From contig OX597815.1 of assembly GCA_951406725.2 (NCBI GenBank), forward strand, positions 81,220,001 to 81,284,000: a stretch of DNA of 64,000 nucleotides, written 5' to 3'. The position numbers and the translations under genes are program-made. The notes below the pieces were generated by a model. That model made no database searches. It was not told the origin of the DNA and saw nothing but the letters and a program-made list of their open reading frames with translations. Positions 26,681-41,476 of the stretch are shown here, in pieces. The stretch is from Octopus vulgaris (Eukaryota). The stretch's first letter is position 1. Every line of letters begins with the position of its first letter.

Positions 26681-28947
26681 GTCTAGACAAGTAGATGAAA
26701 GTATTCCTGCATAAGGCTCTTAAGAGAAGTAACCTCAAGATTTTTGATGATGATAATGAGGATGCTGTGTTTTTGTCATAGTCCATTACCCCTAACACAC
26801 ACACACACACACACACAAATTGATTGGTAATTAAATGGTTAGTTAAACATCTTCTTATAACCAACATTATAAATGCTTGTCAACTATTGGTGTTTGTCAG
26901 ATATTTTTTTTATGAAACCAGTGTGTATGAAAACTATTTTATTGGTCACAGCTGGATGTAGAACAGGTGAAGAGGCCTCACCCAAAGTGGACCCTTTTCA
27001 TTATTATTAAAAGGAACAGAAGGACTGTATTCTTTCATGTACCAATAGTACAGCATCAATGACAGAGGGAGGAGGGGATCAAGCTATGGTTAGTAAAGTA
27101 CCTGCTACATTCACTCAGTGTATGATTCACTGACAGGTTAGTGATTTAAAAAAAAAAGTCTTCAAGGTTAAGTGTGCTAAAATAAGCTACTGTTAAAATT
27201 GTCTTTTGATTGCTAATCTATACAATATGCCATGATATGGCATCCAAAATAAGCAAACTTGTACTGCATAACAAAAGTGCAAAGGTTGTCAAAAGGATGA
27301 GTTTTGAGATAACTGGTAGGCCTTAAAATAATAAATTTGAAATGTTTTGTAAGTGATTTTGTTTGAGAAAAAAAAAAATAATCCGTAGTTAAAAAAGGCC
27401 TTGGCCATAAAGTCTGCTTGAGTAAGACAGTCCTGAGACCCGAACAATGAACCCATGAATCAGCTTCTTTTTCCCCATTTCCCTCACCAATCTCAAAGGT
27501 CCTAACCTGAAAGAAAAACTGAAGAGAACAGATCAAAGAGTGCTGCTCTCAACAGATGAGAAGGTATAGGATGAAGAAGTGATGATCAAGTGATGTTCAA
27601 ATTAACCCCCAAAATAGATACTAGTACTAAACAGTGAAATAATACCCATGTGGCTTAGCTATGCGTATATGTGAGCGCTTACAATATGATTGTGTGTGTG
27701 TGCGTGCGTCATTGCTATCAATGTAATTAATCATAAATGTGCCAAGGTGGAAAGAATACTAAAACTAACGTCAATGCTGCACACATACAACACAGGTGGT
27801 TGTTTAATAAGATTTAGAAAAGAATGGAAAGAAAGAAAACCTTACTAGAATACTAATTGTAGTAGATGGTGGTGGTGGTGGTGGTGGAGAATGAAGAAGC
27901 AAAGATGGAAATTAAGGCTCCTTCACCAACCCAAGCACACACACACTGTGTGACTCCTGACCTTACAGAAAGCATCAATTTATTCTACAACCTAAAAAGG
28001 CAACCTGTAGTTTCTGTTTCCGTCCCAACTAGCACCAGCACCACTACCACAACATCAACAACAACAACAACTAGCACAACCTTTCCCCCACCACCACCAC
28101 CACTGCCACTATGGTTACAAGGTTTGAAATGTATGAAATTTCATCAGTGCTCATGAACTTTAACCTTCTGGTGGATAATAAAAAGAGAAAGCTGACCAGT
28201 AGAAACTGCCAAGAGGTTAATTTGCATTTCTGTTTCTTTGGGCACCTGGGAGTAAACTTTCCTTAGCTATATATATTATGTGGTGGGCGTGAGAGAAGCA
28301 GAGTAGAAACATGTATGTAAAGCTGTTTGTGTGAAGAGATGTATATATATATTCATGAGTTTGTATGGGTGTGTACCTGCTTTTGAAGTATTTGGGATGA
28401 GAATACAGCTAATAAGGTAGATTCTGTTGATTCAGCTTTAACTTTAGATCCAGGAAGTACATTTCAGTAGCATAAACAAAGAACAATATACAATAAATTA
28501 TATTAAAAATTTCTTGTAGATTGTTTGATACTGTTGACTCCTTTCATGTGCAATGCTTTGATTTTCAAAATATACAATTCATATAAAAAAAAAGAAAAAG
28601 AAAGAAATTACTTTCAGTAACCTCTATGAGGCTATAAAATTAATTAAAGGATTTTAATTATATTAAGTATGTGTCACAGTGATCCAAAAACCTAGTTTCC
28701 TTTTCTTTTTTTTTTTTTCCAGCAGTCACTGGGAGACATGACTGCTAACAATGAAGAGAGAATATTTATTTATAAGAAAGGCTCAAATTGAATCAATCCC
28801 AAAACACAGCTGGTACATAGTTTATTGCTCCAAGTAAAATCGGAGGAGGAACTCAATGGTTGTGTATCACAAGGCATTTTATTTGATGCCCTGTATCAGG
28901 CATGGGTAACCTTTGTTTGAGGAATGGATTGCACAGTGGCGCAGACG

Positions 28948-29283
28948 TGGATGTGTGTGATAAGAAGCTCACTTCCCAACCACACGGTTCCCGATACAGT
29001 CCCACTGCATGGCAACTTGGGCAAATGTTTTCTACTATAGTCCCAGGTTGACCAAAGCCTTGTGAATGGATTTGATAGACTGAAACTGAAAGAAGCCCAT
29101 TGTATATATATATATATAAATATGTGTGTGTGTGTGTCCTTGTCCCTCCCTGCTGCCCACCACTTCACAACCAGTGTTGGTGTATTTGCATCCTTGTAAT
29201 TTAGCAGTTCGGCAAAAAAGACCAATAAGCAGTGTCCCAGCATAGCCACAGCCTAATAAGTGTAACAAGTAAAAGATAAAAGA
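28948..29283 (+). mobile_element. Family-B SINE copy, just downstream of a hAT-like terminus CAGGCATGGGTAAC at 28897
   Basis: Collinear with 16141-16553. Confidence 0.88.
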
Positions 29284-29367
29284 TATGAATGGCTCATTGT
29301 CAGCTGGGCTGCATTACTAAATAAATTCAAAGTACCATTCAGAAACTTCCACGAGTTAAACTCTCTT

Positions 29368-29410
<43 letters not shown>

Positions 29411-29735
29411 CTTTCTTACAAAAAATATAAAACTGCTTAAGGATCGGATCAAACCCAAGACAAAAGATAAGAATTGAGATATAAACTCAAATTAGTCAGT
29501 CATATCAGGACATGAACACTGGGAAAGGCCATATAAAGTGGACTTCCTCAAACTGTATTATATACCATTTATATATTTTAAGAAAATACATCGAACTCTA
29601 TGGATCTTTCAACTGAAATTCTTAACCACTCTTAATTTTAGCACAAAAAAATTTTGATCAGTTCTCTTTTTCTCACACTTTCTTCCGTACGTATCCCACA
29701 TGGGTTTTATTTACATGAATTTTTATGTACATTTA

Positions 29736-29788
<53 letters not shown>

Positions 29789-29880
29789 TATAAATATTTT
29801 TTTTAATATTCACGTGTCGATATGTATTAATATATGTACATGCATTTTAAATTGAATTTATAACTATATGAGTATGATTG

Positions 29881-29914
<34 letters not shown>

Positions 29915-30588
29915 GCTCATCCGTCACTTTCAGTGAGGGTTGCTAAAAAGAGCCATTAGACTACAAATACGAAAGGAAGAAACATTCAGACACGTGAAAA
30001 CCAAGGTGCTTAAATGGTACTTATTCTATCAACTTCAGAAAACAATAGGTAAAGTCACTCAATCTCAGTCAAATTCAAATTCACAATATCAAGAAATGTA
30101 TGTAGTCACAGTATAAATATAATAGTTATACAGTTAATAGTAACACCCGATAAGATAAAATTTCAGATTCATAAAACAAAGTGACAATGTCACACGCCAT
30201 GTTCTCTCCAGTCCTCTAATGAAAATTGCTCCACTAAACATCTACAAAGGCATTTCATTTGATTAAGCAAGTTAGTTAGAAAAAGGCAAGTGTTTATTTA
30301 CTGCTGATCAATCCTTCAATAACAACCCCACCTTCCATCTCACCTTGCTGTGGATAATGGTGGTGGTGGTGGAGAAATCATGGACAGCATAGCTTGAATT
30401 TGAGAATAATCATTTGACAGTCAAGACTGTGTGTATGTGAGAAGGAAGAGAGATAGATGAAGAGAGAGAGAGAGAGAGAGAGAGGGAGGGAAAAGGAGAG
30501 AAGAACTGAGGACAAGTGGAGAGGTATGGCAGAGAGAATAAGCTGAAAGGAGAAAGCTAGGGAGCAACAGAAAGTGATAAAGCAAAAC

Positions 30589-30644
<56 letters not shown>

Positions 30645-32339
30645 TGGCAACTGGTCATGCCAAGCAAGGCAGAATGAGAGGAAAGTTGTGATGGTGCAAG
30701 CATGACAGACAGACAGAGGAAACAAGTGAGATATGCAGAGCAAAAAGAAGAAAGGGTAAAAAATGGTGAGGAAAAATGAAAGAGTTTAGAAGAGTTTCCA
30801 AGGAGGAGAAATTGTCATAGCAACAAGTCTTAATTTCCTGCCAAAGGAGAAGGAAGTGAAAGATTGAAATAACAGAAAAAAAAAAAAGAAAAAAGAAAAC
30901 GAATACAACAAAGAGAAGATATTCAACAACAACAACAACAATTTGTCTTTGCAAAACTGAACCTATATCTGTTCAATATTTTGTATGTATGAATACAAGT
31001 AGACACACACACAGATATATGTATATGTGTGTATATATATATATACATATTTGTGGGTGTATGAGAGAGAGAGAGAGAGAGCATTTTTAAACCACTTCAT
31101 TAAGTATTAAATTAAACAAGAACAAAATATAAGAAAAGAGAAAATGTGAAATGTAAAGAAAATAGCTCTATTGCGATGATGGTGGCGGCGGTGGTGGTGG
31201 TGGTGTTTGAAGAGATGGTGGTAATGAGAAATAATGGTAATCATACTGAATGTGGATGCAAATAATATTGTTGAGAATTATGATGTGATTATTATTAAGA
31301 AAAACAGAAAAATAGATTTTGGTTCTTTTATTTTGAAATCTCTTCAAATAGATTATGATTCATTTTTGTTATTTATTTTTATTATGATTTATCATTAATA
31401 TTCTGGGATTTTGAAAATTTTTAAGTAAATTAAAAAAAGAAAAATACTGCAAATTAAAACTGAAATAATCAATTGATAAATTGGCTTCGCAAGCAAATAT
31501 TTAAGAAGACTAGAGGAAAGAGAGAGAGAGAGAGAGATTAAAGAGAGAAAAAAGAAGAAATGATGTAGAGTAAGAGAAAAATGGTGACAGTAAGAAAGGC
31601 AGATGGGGAGAGAGGGAGAGACAGAGAGAGAGAAGTAAAGGGGAGGATAGTCTTAGGCATTCAAGTAACTCAGTCCAGCTGGCTGTAAAGCAGGAACTAC
31701 AGATAGGATAACATTTTCACATACACCTAATAAATTATCAAACAGCTATGTGGGCTCAAAAGTGCCAAATTCAGCTAATTCTTTTCTGGACAGAACCATG
31801 GAGTGTGTAGATTGTAAACAGACTAGCATTCTATTCAGGAGGATAGGAGTGGAGGCCAAGAGATTTTTTTTTTGTATTTCCTTTGCTTTAACTGGTGTGA
31901 CTGAAAACAATTAATCAAATACACAACATCCTAGTTGACAGTGGATCAGGTCCTCCTCCACACTTGCTTCTTAGCTGTCTGTGTCAAGCTTCAATCCTCT
32001 ATTCAGGGTTTTCTCAACCTTTTTACCCTTAAAATAAATTACATATTTCAAGGAACCCCTGTAGAAAAAAAATCATGTACCATATCTTTGTCATATTTTT
32101 TCATTGTAGTTCACATGGTAAATATATATATATATATGGTTGTTATATTTTTTGATAACATAATAGGACAATAAGTGGTCAAGGCAACAATAAAGTAGCC
32201 TCTATGTAGTCACGTGACCTGCAAGAAATACTAACAATGTCTCCCTCAAGATAAGAATATGGGGTGGTCGCATGTAGAATACCTTTTGCTCATAGCTGTG
32301 CTCAGAGACTGAGCAGCAGCAACAACAACAACAACAATA

Positions 32340-32705
32340 AACAAGAACACTCAGTGAGTGCAAACCTCTGCCAAGGCAACACCAACATCCTCTCAACTAT
32401 TAGCTAGAGGTGATTTTTGAAATGAGAATACCTGAAATAAAACTCAACTGTTCTCACAAACGAGAATATCAAAAACGAACCTGACTGCTCTCAAAGATGA
32501 AGTAAAAAAATAAAAATGAAAAATGATTCAGAATCCTTGTCCAGTACTGGATTGATCCCCAAATCTAAATCAGCTTGTGCCAGTCATGAGGCCAAACATC
32601 CCTGAAAGTTTCATTTGAATCCATCTAGCAGTTCTTGAGATATCTTGTCCACAGACAAACAAACAAGCACAACAACTAAAAACAATACCACTGCTTTCTG
32701 GCATA
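32340..32705 (+). mobile_element. Non-autonomous Helentron/HINE (DINE-1-like) element
   Basis: AACAAGAACACTCAGTGAGTGCAAACCTCTGCCAAGGC start; AAAGTTTCATTTGAATCCAT...GAGATATCTTG..CACAGACAAACAAACAA..AAAACAATACC end. This architecture is recalled from HINE-type elements. Confidence 0.6.
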
Positions 32706-32829
32706 AACATGATTACCCAATGCTACTTCCTGAAACATTACCTTTCTACTAAAACTCTGTTGGATATCATCTGAGTGCCTGCAATTCTATCTTAGTATCA
32801 CACATAATGGCAAAAAATAGAGCTTAGGA

Positions 32830-33718
32830 TAAAATGCTTTGCAGGATCTAATCTGCTATGGACAACATCATTTTTCGTTTCTTTTCAAGGTTGATAAAAT
32901 GAAGCACCAGTCAAGTACTGGAGTAAATGCTATTGACTACACCTCACATTGCTGGCCTTGTGCATCAATCAGAAATTATCATTCCAAGACAGTGAGCTAG
33001 CAGAATCATTATAGCATTAGAGAAAATGCTTTGCAGTGTTTCTCTAGGTTCTTAACATTCTGAGTTCAAATCATGTTGCAGTGAACTTTACCATTCAGCC
33101 CTCCAGCTAAACCTCTCTGCTGCTGGAAAAAAAAAAGAAAAAAAGAAAAAACACTGATCTTGTTCCTAAATGAAAGACAAGAATTATCATTACTATTATT
33201 ATTAACTCCTTCCCCTCAAAATTGTGACCAAGTTAGAAATCATTATAATTATTATTATTAAAGTCAAAAGGCGGCGAGCTGGCAGAATTGTTAGCATGCT
33301 GGGCGAAATGCTCAGCAGTATTTTGTCTGCTGCTGTGTTCTGAGTTCAAATTCCGCCGAGGTCGACTTTGCCTTTCATCCTTTCGGGGGTTGATAAATTA
33401 AATACCAGTTGCGTACTGGGGTCAATCTGATCGACTGCCTCCCTCCCCCAAAATTTCAGGCATTGTGCCTAGAGTAGAAAAAATTATTAAAGTGGAGACC
33501 AGACAGAATTGCTAGCATGCCAAACAAAATGCTTATCACCACTATGTCCCTCTTTACAGTCTGAGTTCAAATCCCGCTGAGGTTGACTTTCATCCTTTTG
33601 GGAGTCGATGAAATAAATACAAGTTGAGCAATGGGGATGGAGGCTGGGGGGGGGGGTCACTGTAATCGTCAGGCCCCCTCCCACAAAATTTCAGGCCTTG
33701 TGCCTAGAGTAGAGAGGA
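32830..33718 (+). mobile_element. Train of ~4 family-A SINE copies
   Basis: Copies at ~32830, 32987, 33270 (near-consensus GGCGGCGAGCTGGCAGAA...TTCCGCCGAGGTCGACTTTGCC) and 33490. Confidence 0.88.
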
Positions 33719-36679
33719 TTGTTGTTATTACTGAATTCATATGATCTTTTACAGTTGCAATTAATAAATATCTCACTGCAGGATCAAGAGAAGAGAGTTC
33801 TAATTCCCTTTTGTCCAGCAGGAGTGCTGGGGGTGGCTTATGAAACAGAACGAATCATGTAATAAAGACAATTTAACTGGCCTAGAGCAAAGGCCTGAAG
33901 CCATCATTATCATCGGCCACATGATGTCACCAAATACTGGGTTTCTGGATTAACTTGTGCAATGCTCTTTGTGTGAATGGAGGGGAGGGAGCAAGTCCTT
34001 TCAATTCCCCTTTGGACATTTTCTTTTCATACAGCAGCTGAATGCTGTAAGACACATTATGCAGGCCCTACCAATTCCAGTGAATAAGCTATGCAAGATG
34101 CCAACACCACCACCAGCATAGACACACACACACACACACACACTTTAACCTCAAATAACTATTGATACTCTGTTGATCGACAGCACCTCCACACCACCAC
34201 CGCCGCTACTACTACTACTACTACTACTACTGTAGGCCATCTGCAACATTGCCACCAACACCTACTACGAAACTATAAAGAATATCACTACCATTGCTGG
34301 GTAAGCTGAAAGCAAAAAACTGGCAGACATACAGTTAACTAGGGATTTACAAGTATGGAATTGCTTTAGAAATTGCTTAAAGGGACAGCTGGCAGAGAAT
34401 CGAGATGAGACGCCCTGGTGTGATTGATGATGACAATGATGATGATGATGAGTCAAGGTAAGAAGAAGAAATCCACTCCATAAAAGTAAACTGAGAGGAG
34501 GGCGAGAGAGAGAGAGAGAGAGAGAATGAAAAGAGCCAAAAGAGGGCAAAGAAAAGAGATAAAGGGACTTTGAAAGAGAGAGAGAGAGAGAGAGAAATAG
34601 AGAGATGTGTGTTGTAAGAAAACCTTGGTATGAATCGAACTAATTACGTAAAATGTTAGTCAGACATACACACTGCTGAAGCTTCTCAGGCAAGACCACC
34701 ATCAAAATCCAACAATAACAGCAACAACATCAATCAACCAACAACAATGACCCATTACCAATAGCAACAATATCCCAATCATCACAACCATGAACATCAT
34801 AACAACCACACTAACTTTATAGGCAGAGTTACATCAAATCTACCACCACTACCAGCGCAACAACACTACCGCAAATCACAAACATACCAGAATGAGCCAC
34901 TATATGGTTATGTGGCCTCTTAGAAATAGTAGCCAAATCACCCATAAATCAAATCTGTCACAGAAAACAACAACAACAAAAAAACGAAAGAAAGAAAAGA
35001 AGGGTCATAGTTCAAATGACTTTGATCTTATGTCTGCTCAATAGTGGGGTTTAGCCTAGGGCTAAACTACAGGAACATAGTATTACCATCAACACTACAG
35101 TGGCCACAAAATAAAAAAAAAACATTTACCAACACAACTACCACTGCAAGGTATTTACAACTTTACTTCAACTACCCAACCACATCCATCATAATTATAT
35201 CCTCTGTCCACCATCATAATTAATGCTCCAGCAACAGTAACCAAAAGAAAAAACAAAAAAAAACAAAAAAAAACTTCAGAAAACATTAGCTGCAACGACA
35301 ATTAAAACTACAAACTAAACACAAATATCCAACAACAACAACAGGAGTCACAGCTCTACCAAGTGAGCCAAGCAATGAAGGTCAACAATGTGGTCTGGTC
35401 ATTCGACTCATTAAAAACAACACCCAAATCCTGCACTGTATCCTCATGGAAAAAAAAAAAAAAAATGGAATTATGTAGAGCAAGGAAAGATATATTGCAT
35501 CTGAGCTAAAATGAAAACGCAAAAATAATGGCAGCTGAGACGTCTTTAATCTCCTTCAGCTTGATAAGGGCTGGCCTCGGGCTTCACAAACAGCAACGAT
35601 AAAGTACATACAAATGAAGAGGAAGAAAGAAACGCACAATTATTCACCATAAATTGATGAAGTAGAAGAGAAGATATGCATTAAGGGGATTGAGACGAGT
35701 GTTGGAAGAGCATTGATAAAGTATAAGGCAACAGACACAAACTATACACTTAAAGTGCATAAGTATAATAAAATTGCATACACAATACATAGCTTGGGTA
35801 GGAGTGAACGCATAACATTGTTTAAACAGCAACGTATGAAGAAGGAGCATAATTAATTGAATCAAATGTAAGTTGATTCCTGATATTCAAAGGCAAAGCC
35901 AAGCCTGGCAGGATATGAACTCCAGCTATAAAGAAACATAATTAAATAAAACCACAAGACATTGGAGAATTAACTATAGCAATTAATAATTATTTCTAAT
36001 TTCAGCACAAAGCCACACGCATTTGAATACACAGAGTGAATGTAAATCAACTGAATCGACCACAGTATATTACTGATACTTGAAGATGCCAATGAGAGAA
36101 CCTTTGCATGGTTATTCAAATCTGTTAAAAACAGCAACCAAATCTCAATCATATTCATAATCCACTAATCGGTATTTTATGAAAATTTGGGTAGGTCATG
36201 GTTGGAATGTCTGATCATGACTGCTGTGTAGGTTGACCTGATGCTAAAAAGTCATTGATGAGTATTTTACAGCACTCCACCACCCTGCCAAGGGATGGAA
36301 GAGAAACTATAACAGTAAGCATCTGAACCATTTAAAACATGTCATTTAAGTATTATTGTCTTCCATCATAACTCATTGATACCCTATTCCAATGTAATTT
36401 AAGAATACACAAGGCTAATGGTTATGATATCTGAGACCACAAGGTCAAAAACTGAACCCCGGAAATTAATTGCCGAACGGACGTAATACATGCGTTATGT
36501 CTACAGCTTTACCAATTCCGCTAATTATCTCCCCTACTAGTAGTAAAAAAAAATAAACAAGCAAACAAAACACAATAAAATAACCAATTTTAACATTAAT
36601 AGATAGCTAAAAGTTTACGGTATTGATGGGGGGTATAATCAATTGATTTGATTGAGGTACATGGGATCTTTGTGGTTTG

Positions 36680-37248
36680 CACCACCGTTAACAATTATCT
36701 GTAAAAAAAAAAAATTTTTTAATGTATCATATAGATGTAATTTTTGATGCCGAATCCGAATTTGTAATTAATTTATTCCAGAAAAATTTTGAAAAAATGT
36801 TACGGATATTCACAGTTTGATAATTTTCAGAATTTTTGGCGTATCAAGAAAATAGCTGCCTCTTCCATCATCAGGGAGGTGGGGGCATCAGCATGTCAAA
36901 ATGTTAAACTAGGATTTTCTAAAATAAATTATCTTTCTCGTATTGCTTCCTTGTGCGCATGCACAGTATCTTTGGTTACTATGGAAGCAGTTCTTTGCAA
37001 TCAGCTAAGCAACACATAGTGATTCCTTGATTTGGTTACTATGGAAATAAGAAATTTTCACTACGGGGATATGTAAAATACTCGCATTTGGTTGGTTAAG
37101 ATACCCAAATTTTGCAAACTTTAATGGTTAATAACTTTTTAATTATGAATTTATAGGGAAAATGAATTTCATTTTCATAACTAGTATACAAAACTTAATC
37201 CATATACCAAATCTGAAAACAACTGGAACAAAATTGTAAATAGTGATG
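36680..37248. mobile_element. Probable non-autonomous DNA transposon relic
   Basis: Imperfect inverted ends CACCACCGTTAACAATT / AATTGTAAATAGTGATG, internal TTTTGATGCCGAATCCGAATTTG and a duplicated TTGGTTACTATGGAA. No TSD found. Confidence 0.4.
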
Positions 37249-37597
37249 GGTACGTTTTGGTTATTTCACTCCCCATTAAAAAATTGGGTTATCTCACCAC
37301 TAAAAAGTTGAGTCTATGTGACGACAAGAGATTGGATTAAAAGGATTAGATCCTTTTGATTCAATACTTCAACATATTGTTGACTTTTGGCCTCCTCAAT
37401 AGACATGGCATGATTTATTATAAGATCCAATAAGATGTTTAATTTTTTTTCAGTTTTGTATGATTTGTTATAAAAATATTATCAAATTTTTTCCCTTTTC
37501 ATGTTTATTAATTTTTCCTATTGAGGGTTAAAACAATTTTTTCAGCTGGGGGAGATAACCAAATTTTTTAATGGAAGTGAGATAACCAATAAATACC
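37249..37597. mobile_element. Merlin-like MITE copy 1
   Basis: GGTAC.TTTTGGTTAT.TCAC.CCCCATTAAAAAATTGGGTTATCTC left end and the inverse right end; homologous to 40451-40817. Confidence 0.82.
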
Positions 37598-37732
37598 AGA
37601 TTTTCTTCGGCTGGATACCTTTCCTGTCATCAATGTTGATTTCTACCCCCAGTATTGGCAATGTTGCCCTATGGCTTAACATGCCAAACACACTCATATC
37701 AGTTTGTGACCAGGAAGGGCAGAGGGATATAT

Positions 37733-38130
37733 CTCTTTTATTCTTTTACTTGTTTCAGTCATTTGACTGTAGCCATGCTGGAGCACCGCCTTTAGTCGAG
37801 CAAATCAACCCCAGGATTTATTCTTTGTAAGCCTAGTACTTATTCTATTGGTCTCTTTTTCGAACCACTAAGTTACGGAGACGTAAACACACCAGCATCG
37901 GTTGTCAAGCGATGTTGGGGGTACAAACACATACACACCTACATATATATATATATACATATATATATACAATGGGCTTTTTTCAGTTTCCGTTTACCAA
38001 ACCCACTCACAAGGCTTTGGTTGGCCCGAGGCTATAGTAGAAGACAATTGCCCAAGGTGCTACGCAGTGGGACTGAACTCGGAACCATGTGGTAGGTAAG
38101 CAAGCTACTTACCACACAGCCTTTCCTACG

Positions 38131-38132
<2 letters not shown>
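37733..38132 (-). mobile_element. Full-length family-B SINE
   Basis: Reverse complement is collinear with 16141-16553 and includes CACCTTGGGCAA. Confidence 0.92.
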
Positions 38133-38174
<42 letters not shown>

Positions 38175-38177
38175 AGA

Positions 38178-38218
<41 letters not shown>

Positions 38219-39982
38219 AGAAGATATATGCTGAAGGTAACATGCAATTGGGACTAAACCCAAAACCACGTGATTATCAACCAAACTTTTAAACTGCACA
38301 GCCAAGCCTGTGCCTTTTATATTGCATAATCATTTTTTATCCTTTGCATCTGTAGTAGCAATTCTTCTTTTTTTTCTTAAATACTATAATTTCAAAAGAT
38401 CTTTTAACGATTTTTTTCTTTAACCTTCTTTTATTTATGTCTTTCTTTTTTATAAGAAAATATTGTTTATATTTATGCATTTCTTTCCATTTTTTTTCTT
38501 TTTCGTTTTTCTATAATTTCGTATGTTTACATATCAAGGAAAAAAAAAAACAAAAAAACTTTCAAATCACAAACCACAGAGAAGAAGAAAAGGTGTGTGT
38601 GTTATACATGAATCTATTAGAACTAACAGGAATGACTATGACTAAGCATGAGTCAACGCTACCTCTCCTCACTCCAAGCTCTCCTGGCCTCTGTTATTTG
38701 ATAGAAGAATTACTGCAATGATCTGACTTGAAAGAGTAAAACATAAAAATAAAATAAACTATCATTTTCTCTGCCTGTCTCTCTCCCACTCTCTCTTTCT
38801 CTCAAGTATACTTAAAATACAAAACTTTTTCAAAAATAAAATTAATCATATTAAGTGTGACTGTTTTCTCGGGTGTACATACATATTCATATAATTTTTA
38901 TGTATATATATAGATTGTGTATAGGTGTGTGTATATATATGTTGTGTTTAGGTGTGCGTATTGGTTTCAAACTTTGGCACAAGACCAGCAGTTGCAGGGG
39001 TTAGTTGATTACATAGTCCCCAGTGCTTAACTGGTATTTATTTTACTGGTCTTGAAAGGAGGAAAAGCAAGATCGACTGCTGCCTTATTTCTATCTGTCA
39101 GTCTGTCAGTCTGTATCTTTCTTTTAAATATAACCAGTTATTACTCCTATTACTGCAATCTCTAAGCTTTTCAAACAACTCAATTGCTTTAACTCCGGTT
39201 CACCTACGTAGGCGTCCTCAACTTCAAGAGATCTTTACCCATGCCATTTCTAACCAGAACTGCAACCAGCCAGGATTCGCCCCTCTTCTACAAGCACACA
39301 TGTTATCAGGCACAAAACGAAACTAGAAGATAGAATTAACAAAGCCGATGAGTATAAGTGTTATTTAAGGACCAGCAAGCTTTCTGCAAGAGAAAGAACT
39401 TTCTTTTCTTACTCTTAATCACTACCTTATAATTCTAATAGTGTGAATCTCAAAGGTGAGGTTAATAAATTTACTTAGCTTCAGGTCAGTCCTAATCAAT
39501 AGTCTTAAGATCAAAGATATTATTGTTATGACAGTTTACCCCAACTCCGATTCGTTATGTCTTGGACTATACCATTATTTTCTTTTTGTTTTTGTAAGAC
39601 CGTAGGATGTGACTTCTAAGGGAATTTGGATGCTGTTTGCTGTGTGTCGAGTGACTGCACAGAAGTATAGAAGTACGTTCATTGCTTTGTATAAGAGAGC
39701 TTGCTTAGCAATTTATTCTCATGTCTATTGATTTCAAAAATACGTGTGAAGCGAAATATGTATCTAAAATGGCAATGCAAAACCAGGTCACAACCTTAGC
39801 TCACCAGGAGCTTACTTTCTTGTCTGCAGTGTTTGCTGTGTTGAAAGTTTTAAATTAGATATCGCGGGAAATAAATAGAGATGTGGAGGAAATGCTTCTA
39901 ACATTTTTAACAGATCTGCATGCCATCATCGTCATCATCATAATTTTTGACCTTATTTAACAGTGTTGTGTGTGTGGCTTAT

Positions 39983-40363
39983 GTCTCACCCCCATTAAAA
40001 AATTGGGTTATCTCCCCACTAAAAAATTGAGTTTATGTGGCGGCAAGAGATTGGATAAAAAGGGTTAGATCCTTTTGATTCAATACTTCAACACATAGTT
40101 GACATTTGGTCTCCTCAATAGGCATGGTATGATTTGTTACAAAAATGTTATTAGATTCAAGATGTTTAATATCTTCAGTTTTCCTTTATATTCTTTTCCA
40201 CTTTCAGATTTATTAATTTTTTCTTTTTTTTATCTTTGTTTTATTGAGGATTAAAGAATTTTTTTTTAGTTGGGGGAGATAACCAAAAGTACCCATATCT
40301 TTCATAAAATGAAGGAGATAACCAAATTTTTTTTTAATGGGGGTGAGATAACCATAAAGTACC
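39983..40363. mobile_element. Merlin-like MITE copy 2 (left tip missing)
   Basis: TCTCACCCCCATTAAAAAATTGGGTTATCTCCCC ... GGGGGTGAGATAACCATAAAGTACC. Confidence 0.82.
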
Positions 40364-40450
40364 AAAAATCTGCCTCAATGAATTTCTGTTGACCCATATA
40401 TAGACATCTAAATGATATGGTGACAATGATCATGATGCAAAAACGTGTGC

Positions 40451-40817
40451 GGTACTTTTTGGTTGTCTCACCCCCATTAAAAAATTGGGTTATCTCCCCA
40501 CTAAAAAAAAAAAATCAAGTTAATGTGGTGAGAAGAGATTGGATTAAAAGAGTTAGAACCTTTTGATTCAATACTTCAACACATTGTTGACATTTGGCCT
40601 TCTTAATAGGAATTGTATAAAATGTTATCATATTCAATAAGATGTTTAATTTTTTTCAGTTTTCATGTTTATTAATTTTTAATTTTTCTTTTTTTGGTTT
40701 ATTGAAGGTTAAACAATTTTTTTAGCCGAGGGTTGATGACCAAAAGTACCAATATTTCTCGTAAAACAGGGGAGACAACCCAATTTTTGAATGGGGATGA
40801 GATAACCCAAAAGTACC
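40451..40817. mobile_element. Merlin-like MITE copy 3
   Basis: GGTAC...GTACC termini, ~45-bp imperfect TIR, and a perfect 8-bp TSD ACGTGTGC (40443-40450, 40818-40825). Confidence 0.9.
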
Positions 40818-41430
40818 ACGTGTGCATGTGTGAACGTGTGTGCAAATACCTATACAAAATGTTTTGTGTGAGTTTTCCATTGTGTACAAATGCAATGTAC
40901 ACATTAACACAGTCTATTAAAGACATATGTGACGTCTATAATAGGCTAAGCTAATATATACATGAGCTATTTTGAAATAGACAAACGACTTGTGCTATCA
41001 GAATTCATTATCTTGAGTTTTGATCCTTGAGAACAAATGTACCTTGTGAAAACTTGGAATATCCACCCACGTGGTTTGTTTGTTATTTTTTCTCGTCATT
41101 AAAAGAATTTAATATGAATACTCAGAAAAAGAATATGTAGGACAGGCTTGTATTTGAAAAACAAAAAGAGTGTATTGTTAAAAAAAAAAAAAAAATCTCA
41201 AACAAGGATTGCCAAGAAAAGGAGAGAGAGAAAGAGGTGCAGCAACAGAAAGAAAAAAAAAATTTACATGTGAGGTTCACACACACACACACACTGATCA
41301 CAGCCATATTGCTATAATCGTGCAGGGTCAGTGCCATTATACGCGTGCATGGACATACACATAAGTACATGCATGTAGACAGGCACACAGATTACACATA
41401 TGTCCATATTTTATGCGTGCATATACACAC

Positions 41431-41476
<46 letters not shown>

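Noticed and set aside
28160-28220. TTAACCT...AGGTTAA mini piggyBac-like ends
   Set aside because: Only ~7 bp of symmetry; chance is likely.
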